Source of the DNA: Thermoplasmata archaeon
GTDB lineage: Archaea > Thermoplasmatota > Thermoplasmata > Halarchaeoplasmatales > Halarchaeoplasmataceae
Assembly (NCBI GenBank): GCA_003554965.1
Contig: PWHR01000020.1
Span: 70,202 to 134,201 of the forward strand
Length of the DNA: 64,000 bases
Direction of reading: 5' to 3'
The notes below the pieces were generated by a model. It was not told the DNA's origin and ran no database searches. It was given only the letters and a program-made list of their open reading frames with translations. Of the stretch, positions 19,462 to 28,825 are shown one piece after another. The position numbers were made by a program, and so were the translations under genes. Position 1 is the stretch's first letter, and each line of letters opens with the position of its first letter.

Positions 19462-20247
19462 TCAAACTATCTTGTAATCGATACGGTATTCTTCATCAAG
19501 GTCCCTATTTCTGCTGCTCAGTTTTTCGATCACACGATCGAACTGATCCCCCGACAGCATGAAGAGGACATTTAAACCCTTCTCCGCAGCATTTATCGAA
19601 GCTTCTACCGGTGAAAAGATGATGTTGGGTTCGAATCCCATCATCTTGCATAAGCCGTACTGAGTTTCTTCCATGACCCCTACGCGATCATAATCGATCT
19701 CTTCTAACTTCTCTTTCAGCTCTTCAACTTTCTCTCGCATCTCTTCCCCTGTTTCTAGGCCTGAATCTAGAAGATAGATGTCCCCGACTTCCATCTCTGT
19801 GATCCCTCTCAGACCTCCCACTTTCACTGGCTGGCCTTTCTCAGCTTCGTGTAGAGCCGTTCCTTTACTAGCTCTTTCTCTCAATGAGGCTCTCAATATA
19901 CCATCCTCCATGATGAGACCAACTTCGTCACCTCCACTTATATGTTCAGAAGCTATAGCGGTCGTTGTAGAAATGAGATCGATCTTTTCGCTCGCCTCTG
20001 TCAAAAATGAGCTCAGTTCTGATAGAACGTCCCTCACCATCTCCATCCCTTTAGATGTAGCGTGATAAGTGCCGCTGGACCTGTCCATCAGATACTCTTC
20101 CTCCATTTCTGAGATGTAATTCGAAGCGGCCTGCTCGCTGATATCAAGTTCAGAGGCTATATCTGCCAGTCTACCGGGCTTCTGGACTGCAGCGGTGTAC
20201 AGTATCAGGAACTTGGTTAGCCTTTTCTTATCTCTCAATACCTTCAT
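19462..20247 (-). CDS. Winged-helix transcriptional regulator (COG1497-like)
   Basis: N-terminal wHTH (IASELDISEQAASNYISEM...Y.AT.KG) with conserved-looking AA.KGL C-terminal domain. Confidence 0.65.
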   Translation of the reverse strand: MKVLRDKKRLTKFLILYTAAVQKPGRLADIASELDISEQAASNYISEMEEEYLMDRSSGTYHATSKGMEMVRDVLSELSSFLTEASEKIDLISTTTAIASEHISGGDEVGLIMEDGILRASLRERASKGTALHEAEKGQPVKVGGLRGITEMEVGDIYLLDSGLETGEEMREKVEELKEKLEEIDYDRVGVMEETQYGLCKMMGFEPNIIFSPVEASINAAEKGLNVLFMLSGDQFDRVIEKLSSRNRDLDEEYRIDYKIV

Positions 20248-20312
20248 CTTAACCTTAACCTAGAAAAAAGAAAAGAGAATTTAATATAAGGGGTTTTCGA
20301 AGTTTTAGATGA

Positions 20313-21743
20313 TCAGTATCTCTTTTTACTATCTATCACTTCGCCCTCTTTAGAGACAAGATCCACTTTCAATGGCATCTGTCCCACTGCATGGGTGGAA
20401 CAGGAGAGGCATGGATCGTAGCACCTGACTACACTCTCAAGTCTGTTCAAAATGCCCTCTGGTATCTCCTCTTGGGAGCCGTCGATGTATTCTTCTGCTA
20501 CGCTCTGTATGCTCTTATTGATCCCCATATTGTTGTGCCCAGTAGCTACGATGAAGTTGGCATCTGTGATTATACCGTTTTCGTCCGACATGTATTCATG
20601 TATCAATGTTCCTCTAGGAGCTTCTATAACACCTCTACCTTTTGCTTTCCTAGCTTGAGTCGGTACATTTATCTCTCCAGTATAAACTTCTTCATCCTGG
20701 AGTAACTCTTCGATCTTCTCCACGGTGTGAAGTGTTTCTATCAGTCTCGCATAGTGGTAGAAAAGTGGACCCTCTTTTATCTCTTTACTCCCCATCTCTT
20801 TGTAACGCTTCCATTCTTCGTGAGCCAACTCAGTACTGATACCGTCGATCAGATTCAATCTCGCAAGTGGTCCCACTCTATAGACTCCTTCTTCGAATCC
20901 TTTATCCTTGTAGTACGGGAATTTCATATAGCTCCATTCTAAAGCCCTTTCTCCGATAACGTCATAGTACTTTTTAGGGTCTGTTTCTTCTAAAATTTCA
21001 CCATCAGAGTTCACCAAACGAAGATCACCGTCGTAAAATTCCAATTGTCCATCTTCATCGACCAGTCCCATGTAGGCAGTTTCATATGACGCAAACTCTT
21101 CCAATTGAGTGTCCATATCTTCGTATATTTCTTTCAAAAGCTCTATGGTTTCCTGCAGGTACGATTTCAAGTCATCTGTCTTCTCCAAGAACTCCTCGCC
21201 CTTTTCTCTGATCATGTTCTGATTAACGCCGCCTGCTACGGACAATTCAGGGTGAACTTTTTTGCCGCCTAAAGCTTCGATTATTCCTTGTCCAAAACTC
21301 CGAAGCTCTATACCTCTATCGACAAGCTCTTCATTTTCTCTGAGAAGTCCAAATATATTTCTCTCTTCCGGCGATTCATCAAACCCCATTACCAAGTCCG
21401 GACTTGAAAGGTAGAAAAAACTCAGACTATGTGATTGAAGTATCTGTCCCATGTGAAGGAGCTCCCTTATCTTATGTGCACTCTCAGGAACTTCTGCTCC
21501 TACCAGATCGTCGCATGCTTTTGAAGCGGCTAGTTCGTGACTTACTGGACATATCCCACATATCCTAGACGTCATCTCCGGCATCTCCCATAAAACCCTT
21601 CCCTGTACAAATTTTTCAAAAGCTCTGAATTCGGTCACGTGAAATCTAGCTTCTTCGACTTGTCTTTCATCGTCAAGATGTATGCTTATCTTACCATGGC
21701 CTTCTACCCTTGTTACGGGATTTATTTCTTTTATTTCTCCCAT
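20313..21743 (-). CDS. hoxH: [NiFe]-hydrogenase large subunit, HoxH/HydL type (group 3)
   Basis: TRVEGH, L1 RICGICPVSH, EAPRG, L2 DPCLSCSTH followed by a cleavable AVGQMPL... tail. Confidence 0.9.
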   Translation of the reverse strand: MGEIKEINPVTRVEGHGKISIHLDDERQVEEARFHVTEFRAFEKFVQGRVLWEMPEMTSRICGICPVSHELAASKACDDLVGAEVPESAHKIRELLHMGQILQSHSLSFFYLSSPDLVMGFDESPEERNIFGLLRENEELVDRGIELRSFGQGIIEALGGKKVHPELSVAGGVNQNMIREKGEEFLEKTDDLKSYLQETIELLKEIYEDMDTQLEEFASYETAYMGLVDEDGQLEFYDGDLRLVNSDGEILEETDPKKYYDVIGERALEWSYMKFPYYKDKGFEEGVYRVGPLARLNLIDGISTELAHEEWKRYKEMGSKEIKEGPLFYHYARLIETLHTVEKIEELLQDEEVYTGEINVPTQARKAKGRGVIEAPRGTLIHEYMSDENGIITDANFIVATGHNNMGINKSIQSVAEEYIDGSQEEIPEGILNRLESVVRCYDPCLSCSTHAVGQMPLKVDLVSKEGEVIDSKKRY

Positions 21744-21754
21744 CTTATGCACCT

Positions 21755-22294
21755 CTAATATCTCAATTTATCTTTATCCAATTTCGGTATCTCTCCTTCA
21801 AGAAGCTTTTCCAGACCATAACGGATTATATCCGCGGATGGAGGACATCCAGGAATATATGCATCGACTTCTATCACTTCATCGAGTCCTCTAGCTTTCT
21901 CAGTTAGAGCAGGTACGTGCTCAGGATCAGGGATCTCACTTTCGTCATCACTTTTCCCTATGTAGCACTCTTCAAGTATATCCTCCACAGGTTCAAAATT
22001 TCTCATAGTCATGATCCCTCCAAAACAAGCACAGTCACCCCAGGCCACAAGTATCTCACAATTATCTCTCATCTCTTTGGCCACTTCGACGTTCTCCTCA
22101 TTAGTTATCGTTCCTTCTAATATTCCTATATCGACTTCTTCGATATCCTTGATATCCATTATCACGTGGCTAGACTGGAACTCGAGGAGTTCTGCAAGCT
22201 CCTTAACAAATTCGTCTACGTCCAAAAACGACATATGACAGCCCGAACATCCGCACATACAGGCCGTAGCTACCGTGGGTTTATCTTCTGCCAT
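21755..22294 (-). CDS. hoxY: [NiFe]-hydrogenase small subunit, short HoxY/HydS type
   Basis: GCSGCHMS, EG, GDCACFGG and IPGCPP; proximal-cluster domain only. Confidence 0.88.
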   Translation of the reverse strand: MAEDKPTVATACMCGCSGCHMSFLDVDEFVKELAELLEFQSSHVIMDIKDIEEVDIGILEGTITNEENVEVAKEMRDNCEILVAWGDCACFGGIMTMRNFEPVEDILEECYIGKSDDESEIPDPEHVPALTEKARGLDEVIEVDAYIPGCPPSADIIRYGLEKLLEGEIPKLDKDKLRY

Positions 22295-22299
22295 CTTTT

Positions 22300-24156
22300 T
22301 CACCTCTTTTCAGCTAATTCTTCAAAAAACTCTCTCTCCGACTTCAATTCTCCTTTAGGCTCCATAACCCGTTCGACTTCTTTTTCCTCTCCATTTATGT
22401 TGACTGAAGTGCCCTCTCTCTCAAACATAGTAAGAGATGGTATGACGAGATCAGCTTTTTCGGTTAATTCTGATCGTTTCGACGCCTGGACTATGGAAAA
22501 ATCAGCGTTCTCGATAAGTTTCTTCATATCCTCTTGATCATCTTCATCGCCTGCGAGGACATAAGCTACATCGGGCTCTTCGTAAACTCCTTCTGTTTCT
22601 AGACTCCTGATATACTGGTTGGAGGCCTGATTCAAGCTTATCAAGTAGCTACCTTCAAGCTTCGCTAATTCAAATATGTGTCTTATAGACCAACGATCGA
22701 TTATCTCACTACCCAAGATTATTATGTCATAGGTTGATTCTTCTAGATGTTTCACGACCTGCATCACATCTCTTGGATGCACCCTTAGACCACCTAGGAT
22801 CGAGGATACACGAGTAAGATCTTCTATAGATCCTTTACCCTCTCTGACGACTTGATTTATGAGCCTAGTTAACTGCGTCTTAGGAGATTCCACGCTTATA
22901 GAGATATCAGAATGTTCCCAGAACCTGTCTTCATAAGCATCTATGGTTATCAATCTGGTTCCGTTCATTGCTGCTCTTCTGATATACGAGGCTAGAACGG
23001 GATGTGTATCTCGTACAGAAGTATCGTAAAGAAGGATATGATCAGCTTTCATGACTTCTGTGATATCATCGATAAAGTGACCTTCGATCATATTTATCCT
23101 TCTTTTCACTTCTTTTTCGAATCTATGTCTTTTAGCTCCTACCACGTCAAATAAAGCTCCATGTGTTCTCATGGCTTCGGAAAACGAGTCGAGCACTTCA
23201 TTTGTGAGGTTTCCACTAGCCATAGCACTTATCTTGTCACCTTCATCGAGAACCTCTGCTGCCTTTTCGAGACCTTTTGCCAAACTCATCTCTTTCTCTG
23301 TCTCGTTCTCTTTATAGATCACATCATCGATTTTTTCAGTCCTGTCCACGAGAGGTTCAAATCTTCCCATCTCGCATAGCTGTCCTCCTGATTCCATTTC
23401 ACTTTCTGCCCCTTCGATCTCCACAAGATGTCCTGTACGGGTGTATATCTCAGTCTCGCATCCGACGCTGCATCTCAAGCAGGTAGATTCAGTGAGGTCA
23501 CATTCATCTTTGATGCCTTTGAACATACTGTGTTTGTTGAATATAGCTCCAGTGGGACATACTTGTAGGCACATACCACAAGAAACACAAGTAGATTCTT
23601 TCAAAGGTACATCGGCATCTGCAACTATCTCATTCTCGAGACCTCTACCACCAAATGCTAGAGTCTGATTTCCAACTACCTCTTCGCAGGCCCTAACACA
23701 CCTTCCACATCTGATACATCTGTTGTTGTCTATGACGATGTGCTCGTGGGAGGAATCTATAGGCCTATCTGGAAACAATCGAGGATGTTCAAAATAATCT
23801 ATCCCATTTTCCCACATCAGATCCTGTAATTCACAATCACCGTCAGATTCACAGAACATACAATAATGGTTTTCACTGCGGTATATAAGTTCAAGATTCA
23901 TCCTTCTGTATTTTTTGATCTCGTCCGTTTCAGTCTTTATCTCTAAATCTTCTTCCACTTTGAGTCCACAAGCTGGTTGTATTTGCTCTCCGTTCACTTC
24001 TACTATGCAAACCCGACAGGCCATAACGTTCTCCATTGCGTCGTGCTGGCAAAGTTTAGGTATATCTATACCGTGCTTTTTGCAAGCGGACATCACTGTT
24101 TCTCCCTTTTCAGCGGAGATCTTTTCTCCGTCTACAGTAAATTTTACGGTGCTCAT
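22300..24156 (-). CDS. Long HoxU / HydA-like Fe-S subunit (NuoG-like)
   Basis: [2Fe-2S] (IPKLC, CRVC, C), HYCMFC..DGDC, two CxxCxxCxxxC motifs, CLRCSVGC...QLC, then a degenerate molybdopterin-oxidoreductase-like fold ending in EREGT.VN..G. Confidence 0.85.
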   Translation of the reverse strand: MSTVKFTVDGEKISAEKGETVMSACKKHGIDIPKLCQHDAMENVMACRVCIVEVNGEQIQPACGLKVEEDLEIKTETDEIKKYRRMNLELIYRSENHYCMFCESDGDCELQDLMWENGIDYFEHPRLFPDRPIDSSHEHIVIDNNRCIRCGRCVRACEEVVGNQTLAFGGRGLENEIVADADVPLKESTCVSCGMCLQVCPTGAIFNKHSMFKGIKDECDLTESTCLRCSVGCETEIYTRTGHLVEIEGAESEMESGGQLCEMGRFEPLVDRTEKIDDVIYKENETEKEMSLAKGLEKAAEVLDEGDKISAMASGNLTNEVLDSFSEAMRTHGALFDVVGAKRHRFEKEVKRRINMIEGHFIDDITEVMKADHILLYDTSVRDTHPVLASYIRRAAMNGTRLITIDAYEDRFWEHSDISISVESPKTQLTRLINQVVREGKGSIEDLTRVSSILGGLRVHPRDVMQVVKHLEESTYDIIILGSEIIDRWSIRHIFELAKLEGSYLISLNQASNQYIRSLETEGVYEEPDVAYVLAGDEDDQEDMKKLIENADFSIVQASKRSELTEKADLVIPSLTMFEREGTSVNINGEEKEVERVMEPKGELKSEREFFEELAEKR

Positions 24157-25952
24157 TCATTATCACCTTCCGATATAGCTTCGACAGGACAAACCTGAGC
24201 ACATTCACCACATGAGATACAGGTATCAGGATCGATGCTGTACGATTCATCTCCACTTGATATAGCGTCTACCGGACAGACTTCAGTACATTTTCCGCAC
24301 GTCACGCAAGCTTCCTCATCGATGTAGAAAGCCTCAACTAGTGCTTTACATGTGCCTGTTGGGCACTCTTTTTCGTTGACATGGGCCTCATATTCTTCCC
24401 TGAAAAATCTCAAAGTACTCAAAACTGGGTTTGGGCTTGCCTGGCCGAGTCCGCAGAAAGATGTATTCTGTACAGTTTCAGCTAGTTCTTCCAATGTCTC
24501 AAGATCCTCGGATTCTCCTTCACCTTTTGTTATCTTATCTAATATGTCCAACATCCTTTTGGTACCTAATCTACAGGGGGGACACTTACCACAGGATTCT
24601 TCCTGAGTGAAGTCTAAAAAGAACTTGGCGACATCGACCATGCATGTGTCTTCATCTAAAACTATGAATCCTCCCGAGCCCATTATAGTTCCAGCTTCCT
24701 CTAGTGAATCATAATCTATAGGTAGATCGATATGTTCTTCAGGTATAGTCCCACCAGCTGGTCCGCCTATCTGTACCGCCTTGAAATCCTTTCCACCGGC
24801 AACACCGCCAGCTATATCTATCATCTCTTCAATAGTGGTACCCATCTCAGCTTCAACAAGACCAGTGTTCCCAACATCTCCGGCTACTGCAAAAACCTTT
24901 GTTCCGGAACTTCCTTCAGTCCCGATATCATCGAACCACTCTGATCCTTTCTCTATAATAATAGGTATGTTCGCAAACGTTTCTACGTTGTTTATAACTG
25001 TAGGTTGATCCCAAAGACCAGATTGCGCGGGATATGGAGGCCTGTATTTTGGTCTTCCCTGTTTTCCCTCTATAGATGAAAGTAAAGCGGTCTCCTCACC
25101 ACAGACGAAAGCTCCTGCACCGACTCTCAACTCTACATTGAAATCAAATTGGGTGTTGAAAAGGTTCTCTCCTAGATAACCCTCGCTTTCGGCATCCCTA
25201 ATGGCTTTTTGTAGATTTCTGATAGCTAATGGATATTCAGCTCTAACATAGATATATCCCTTATTGGCTCCAACTGCGTAACCTGCGATCATCATCCCTT
25301 CGATGATACTATGTGGATCGCCTTCTAAAACACTCCTATCCATAAATGCTCCTGGATCTCCCTCATCTCCGTTACAAACAACATATTTTTCATCTTCGTC
25401 TTCACGGGCGGTAAATTCCCACTTGAGCCCAGTTGGGAATCCAGCACCACCTCTTCCCCGTAGGCCAGATTCTTTTATCTCTTCTATTATCTCCTCTCTT
25501 TCCATATCTGTTATAGCTTTCCTAGCTGCCATGTATCCATCATTTTCAAGATAGTCTTCAAGGCTGCTCGGATCTATATCTCCTGAATTCCTCATGACTA
25601 TCTTTTTTTGACCCTGTATGAAATCAAGTTTTTGAAACTCTTCGACTTTGTGACCATCATCCTCTATGAGTAAATTACGAACTACACGATCTTTCAACAA
25701 GTGTTCTTCAACAATTGTTTCAACATCGGATGGCTCTAGATTTCCATAAAAGGTGTCCTCAGGTCGAATGATTATCATAGGACCGAGATTGCAGGGTCCC
25801 ATACAGCCTGTCCTCTTTATCGCTCTAGTCACTGGATATTTATCCTCCAGTTCGTGTTTCCAGAGTTCGTCCATCAATTTATCTTCAATCTCCTCAGCCC
25901 CGGCTGATAAGCAACCTGTACCGGAACATATCAGGATTTCTCTTCTAGTCAT
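24153..25952 (-). CDS. hoxF: NuoF/HoxF/HydB flavoprotein (diaphorase) subunit
   Basis: N-terminal CSGTGC...GCMGPC, SGLRGRGGAGFPTG, DEGDPGAFMDR, GAFVCGEETAL, ESCGKCPPCR and C-terminal 2x[4Fe-4S]. Confidence 0.92.
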   Translation of the reverse strand: MTRREILICSGTGCLSAGAEEIEDKLMDELWKHELEDKYPVTRAIKRTGCMGPCNLGPMIIIRPEDTFYGNLEPSDVETIVEEHLLKDRVVRNLLIEDDGHKVEEFQKLDFIQGQKKIVMRNSGDIDPSSLEDYLENDGYMAARKAITDMEREEIIEEIKESGLRGRGGAGFPTGLKWEFTAREDEDEKYVVCNGDEGDPGAFMDRSVLEGDPHSIIEGMMIAGYAVGANKGYIYVRAEYPLAIRNLQKAIRDAESEGYLGENLFNTQFDFNVELRVGAGAFVCGEETALLSSIEGKQGRPKYRPPYPAQSGLWDQPTVINNVETFANIPIIIEKGSEWFDDIGTEGSSGTKVFAVAGDVGNTGLVEAEMGTTIEEMIDIAGGVAGGKDFKAVQIGGPAGGTIPEEHIDLPIDYDSLEEAGTIMGSGGFIVLDEDTCMVDVAKFFLDFTQEESCGKCPPCRLGTKRMLDILDKITKGEGESEDLETLEELAETVQNTSFCGLGQASPNPVLSTLRFFREEYEAHVNEKECPTGTCKALVEAFYIDEEACVTCGKCTEVCPVDAISSGDESYSIDPDTCISCGECAQVCPVEAISEGDNE

Positions 25953-25979
25953 TTTATCTATCCTCTTTCTAAACTCTTT

Positions 25980-26438
25980 TTAATATCTATTTAAAATATC
26001 TTCTAGCTCTTCAGTCTGGACTTTACCATAAACATCATCACCGACCATCACTATCGGTGCTTTACTGCAGGCTCCAACACACCTTTTTGTGTTAAATGTG
26101 AATTTTCCGTCATCGGACGTGCCACCTTCTTCTACATTTAATCTGTCTTTCAGTTCTTCAGTTAGTTCGTCAGCTCCTTTCACATGACAAGCAGTTCCCG
26201 TACATACAGATATGGTGTAATCTCCCTTCGGTTCCATAGTAAAAAACGAGTAGAAAGTAACCACTGAATAAACTTGGCTGTATGGGATACCGAGTTCCTC
26301 GGCTATGAACTCCTGAACCTCTTTTGGAAGATAACCCAGTTTTTTCTGAACTTCGTGCAGTATGGGTATCAAACTTCCAGCTTTCTTTTCATATTCCTCT
26401 ATTATGGGCAACATATCCCGCAGATGGTATTTTTCCAT
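25980..26438 (-). CDS. hoxE: NuoE/HoxE/HydC [2Fe-2S] subunit
   Basis: LIPILHEVQ...GYLP, VVTFYSFF, CTGTAC...CVGAC..AP. Confidence 0.92.
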   Translation of the reverse strand: MEKYHLRDMLPIIEEYEKKAGSLIPILHEVQKKLGYLPKEVQEFIAEELGIPYSQVYSVVTFYSFFTMEPKGDYTISVCTGTACHVKGADELTEELKDRLNVEEGGTSDDGKFTFNTKRCVGACSKAPIVMVGDDVYGKVQTEELEDILNRY

Positions 26439-26831
26439 TATATCTATCCCCTTTTTATTTGCGAATGCGACCTATTCAAACTTTCCCTTTACTAGGCCTA
26501 AATCTTGGGTCAATTTTGCCTAGAAAGCGCCCATATTAAACACTTTCGCTCGCTTATTCATCCATATTTATTGTAAAAAAAGAAAATATAGATATGAGGT
26601 TGTTATTCTGGAAACTCTTATGACTTTTCGATCACAAGGTAGAAAAACACTCTATAATGAGCACAAATCTTTAATAGCAATCGATGTATTGGCGCATCCG
26701 TATTTAACGATATGAGTGAAATCATGGCAGTATTTGGAAAGGAATATAGAACCTGTTCAGGACTGTGGATATTGAAAGGATATCCGAATACCCAAGTTAC
26801 AGATATGTATACTAATAAGGAGGCATAAGCG

Positions 26832-28331
26832 ATGGATAAAAAACCGAAGGTGGCTTTTTTCGATTTCGCAGGATGTGAAGGAGACCAACTGCAAATAGCC
26901 AATTTAGAGGAAAAAATACTGGACCTGTTAGAACTGGTGGAGATAGTGAGTTTTAGGGAGGTCATGAAGGAGCATTCAGATGACTATGAAGTGGCTTTCA
27001 TCGAAGGTTCTATTCAGAGACCTAAAGACGAGGAGAGATTGAAAAAGATAAGATCGAACGCGGATATGTTGATAGCTCTTGGAGACTGTGCAAGCAACGG
27101 CTGTGTGAACAAACTCCAAAAAGATTGGTCTATAGATGAAGTTGAAGAAGAGGTCTATCCTGAAGCAGACGATGAGATAGAAGACAACGAACTCTTCTCT
27201 AATTTTTCAACAAAAGCCGTTGACGAAGTGGTTAATGTGGATTATTATCTGAGAGGTTGTCCTGTAAGAGGAGATCGTGTTCTCAACTTCGTTGAAAAAT
27301 TGGTGAAAAGACCAGTCGATACTAATAAAGATATAGATTTTGGAGTTATGCTGAGAGATAAAGAAGTTGATGAGCGGTCACTCGTCAACTACAATCCAAA
27401 TAAATGTATACTATGTCGACGGTGTGCTAATGTTTGTCAGGACGTCCTTGGAGTAGACGCATTAGGGCCGGTCGAAAGAGGTTGGGAGACGATCATATCA
27501 ACTCCTAAAGATATAGGATTTGACGCCAATGGATGTATTCAATGTGGACAATGTGTCGCGGTGTGTCCTGTAGATTCACTATATACAGATACGCCGGTAG
27601 AAGAGTTGTCTGAAAAGTTGAAAGAAGGAACCCAAGAGTTCGCCATAGCTCTGGACTCCATTGCGGTCGCCTCTTTTATCCAGGAGCATCCCATGCTGTC
27701 TGATATGGAACCAAAACAGGCAGAAAGATACTTTATCGCAAGTCTGAAAAAGATGGGATTCGGAAAAGTCGTTCAATACGAGCACTTTCTAGAGATGTCT
27801 AGAGAAGCAGATGAGGATAACGATGAGCCTGTATTAGCTAGTTGGTGTTTGCCTGCTAGAAATCATTTAGAAGCAGAGGAAATCGATTCTCTAAGTGTAA
27901 AAGACAAAAACGGACCTTGGAATAAGCTTTTAAAAGAAGTAAAAGGAGAGATCTGTTTGATGAGTCCATGCAGTGGTTTAAAAGCAGTTGAAGGGCTAGA
28001 TCATGTGATATCTGCTCCTGAGATGATAGATCTGTTCAACCACTTAGACATTCAAATTGGATTTGTTGAGCCAGCTTCGGGAGATTACGACGGAAAGCTT
28101 GCTTCTGATGATTTCAAGCATCCAGGAATTCCTGATGATAGAGAATATTTTAAGGTCACAGCTGATCTTGAAGATGAATTAGCTGAAGCGGACCTTGAAG
28201 ATGGGGGCGTAGACGTATTTCCCTGTCTGAATGGTTGTTTGAGTGGTGGAGGTAACCATCCAACAGCAGATGAATCCAAGATCAAGAAGAGGATAGAAAT
28301 AGCGATCGAATTGAGAGAGGTGAGATCATGA
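26832..28331 (+). CDS. Fusion: N-terminal group-3b [NiFe] small-subunit domain + 2x[4Fe-4S] ferredoxin + degenerate [FeFe]-hydrogenase H-cluster domain
   Basis: aa ~1-160: FAGCEGD, FIEGS, GDCA, LRGCP. Then NPNKCILCRRCANVC and CIQCGQCVAVCP. Then ASWCLP, MSPCSGLK and FPCLNGCLSGGGNHP, matching [FeFe] motifs L1, L2 and L3 in order. AAGGAGG SD. Confidence 0.82.
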   Translation: MDKKPKVAFFDFAGCEGDQLQIANLEEKILDLLELVEIVSFREVMKEHSDDYEVAFIEGSIQRPKDEERLKKIRSNADMLIALGDCASNGCVNKLQKDWSIDEVEEEVYPEADDEIEDNELFSNFSTKAVDEVVNVDYYLRGCPVRGDRVLNFVEKLVKRPVDTNKDIDFGVMLRDKEVDERSLVNYNPNKCILCRRCANVCQDVLGVDALGPVERGWETIISTPKDIGFDANGCIQCGQCVAVCPVDSLYTDTPVEELSEKLKEGTQEFAIALDSIAVASFIQEHPMLSDMEPKQAERYFIASLKKMGFGKVVQYEHFLEMSREADEDNDEPVLASWCLPARNHLEAEEIDSLSVKDKNGPWNKLLKEVKGEICLMSPCSGLKAVEGLDHVISAPEMIDLFNHLDIQIGFVEPASGDYDGKLASDDFKHPGIPDDREYFKVTADLEDELAEADLEDGGVDVFPCLNGCLSGGGNHPTADESKIKKRIEIAIELREVRS

Positions 28332-28819
28332 CTGAAACTCAAGACGAAAAAGAGGAGCTCTCTTGGAAAGAAAAAAAAGAACTTGAAAAGATCATAGATT
28401 CAGTCGAGGACCCCAAATACCAGAAAATCGAGCTGCTTCAAAAAACTCAGGAAAAATACAAGTGGCTGAAAGATGAGCATATGGGATATCTTGCCGAGTC
28501 TACTGGTGTCAGTTACACTGACCTTTACGGCATAGCTACTTTCTATACCCAATTTAAACTTCATCCGCCTGGACGTCATAAGATATCTGTTTGTATGGGT
28601 ACAGGATGTCACGTCAAAGGTGGTAGGGAAATACTTGAAAAATTAAAGGATATATTGGAGATAGACGTCAACGAAACAACAGAGGATAGAAGATTCTCAC
28701 TTGATCAGGTCAGGTGTTTGGGCTGTTGTGGTCTAGCCCCTGTTATTAACGTAGATGGTGAGACCTTTGGAAGAGTGAGTACAAAAGAAATAGAAGGTAT
28801 ATTAAAGGAGTTCAAGTAG
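28328..28819 (+). CDS. NuoE/HydC [2Fe-2S] subunit
   Basis: GIATFYTQF, CMGTGCHVKG and CLGCCGLAP motifs. Confidence 0.9.
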   Translation: MTETQDEKEELSWKEKKELEKIIDSVEDPKYQKIELLQKTQEKYKWLKDEHMGYLAESTGVSYTDLYGIATFYTQFKLHPPGRHKISVCMGTGCHVKGGREILEKLKDILEIDVNETTEDRRFSLDQVRCLGCCGLAPVINVDGETFGRVSTKEIEGILKEFK

Positions 28820-28825
28820 GTGAGA

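Noticed and set aside
22300..24156. Formate dehydrogenase or complex I NuoG call for the 618-aa protein
   Set aside because: It is too short and lacks recognisable Mo/W-ligand motifs, no membrane nuo genes are nearby, and it is coupled to hydrogenase genes.
26618..26965. 115-aa minus-strand ORF in the hydrogenase spacer
   Set aside because: It overlaps the start of the hybrid gene on the opposite strand and has shadow-like composition with no recognisable motif.
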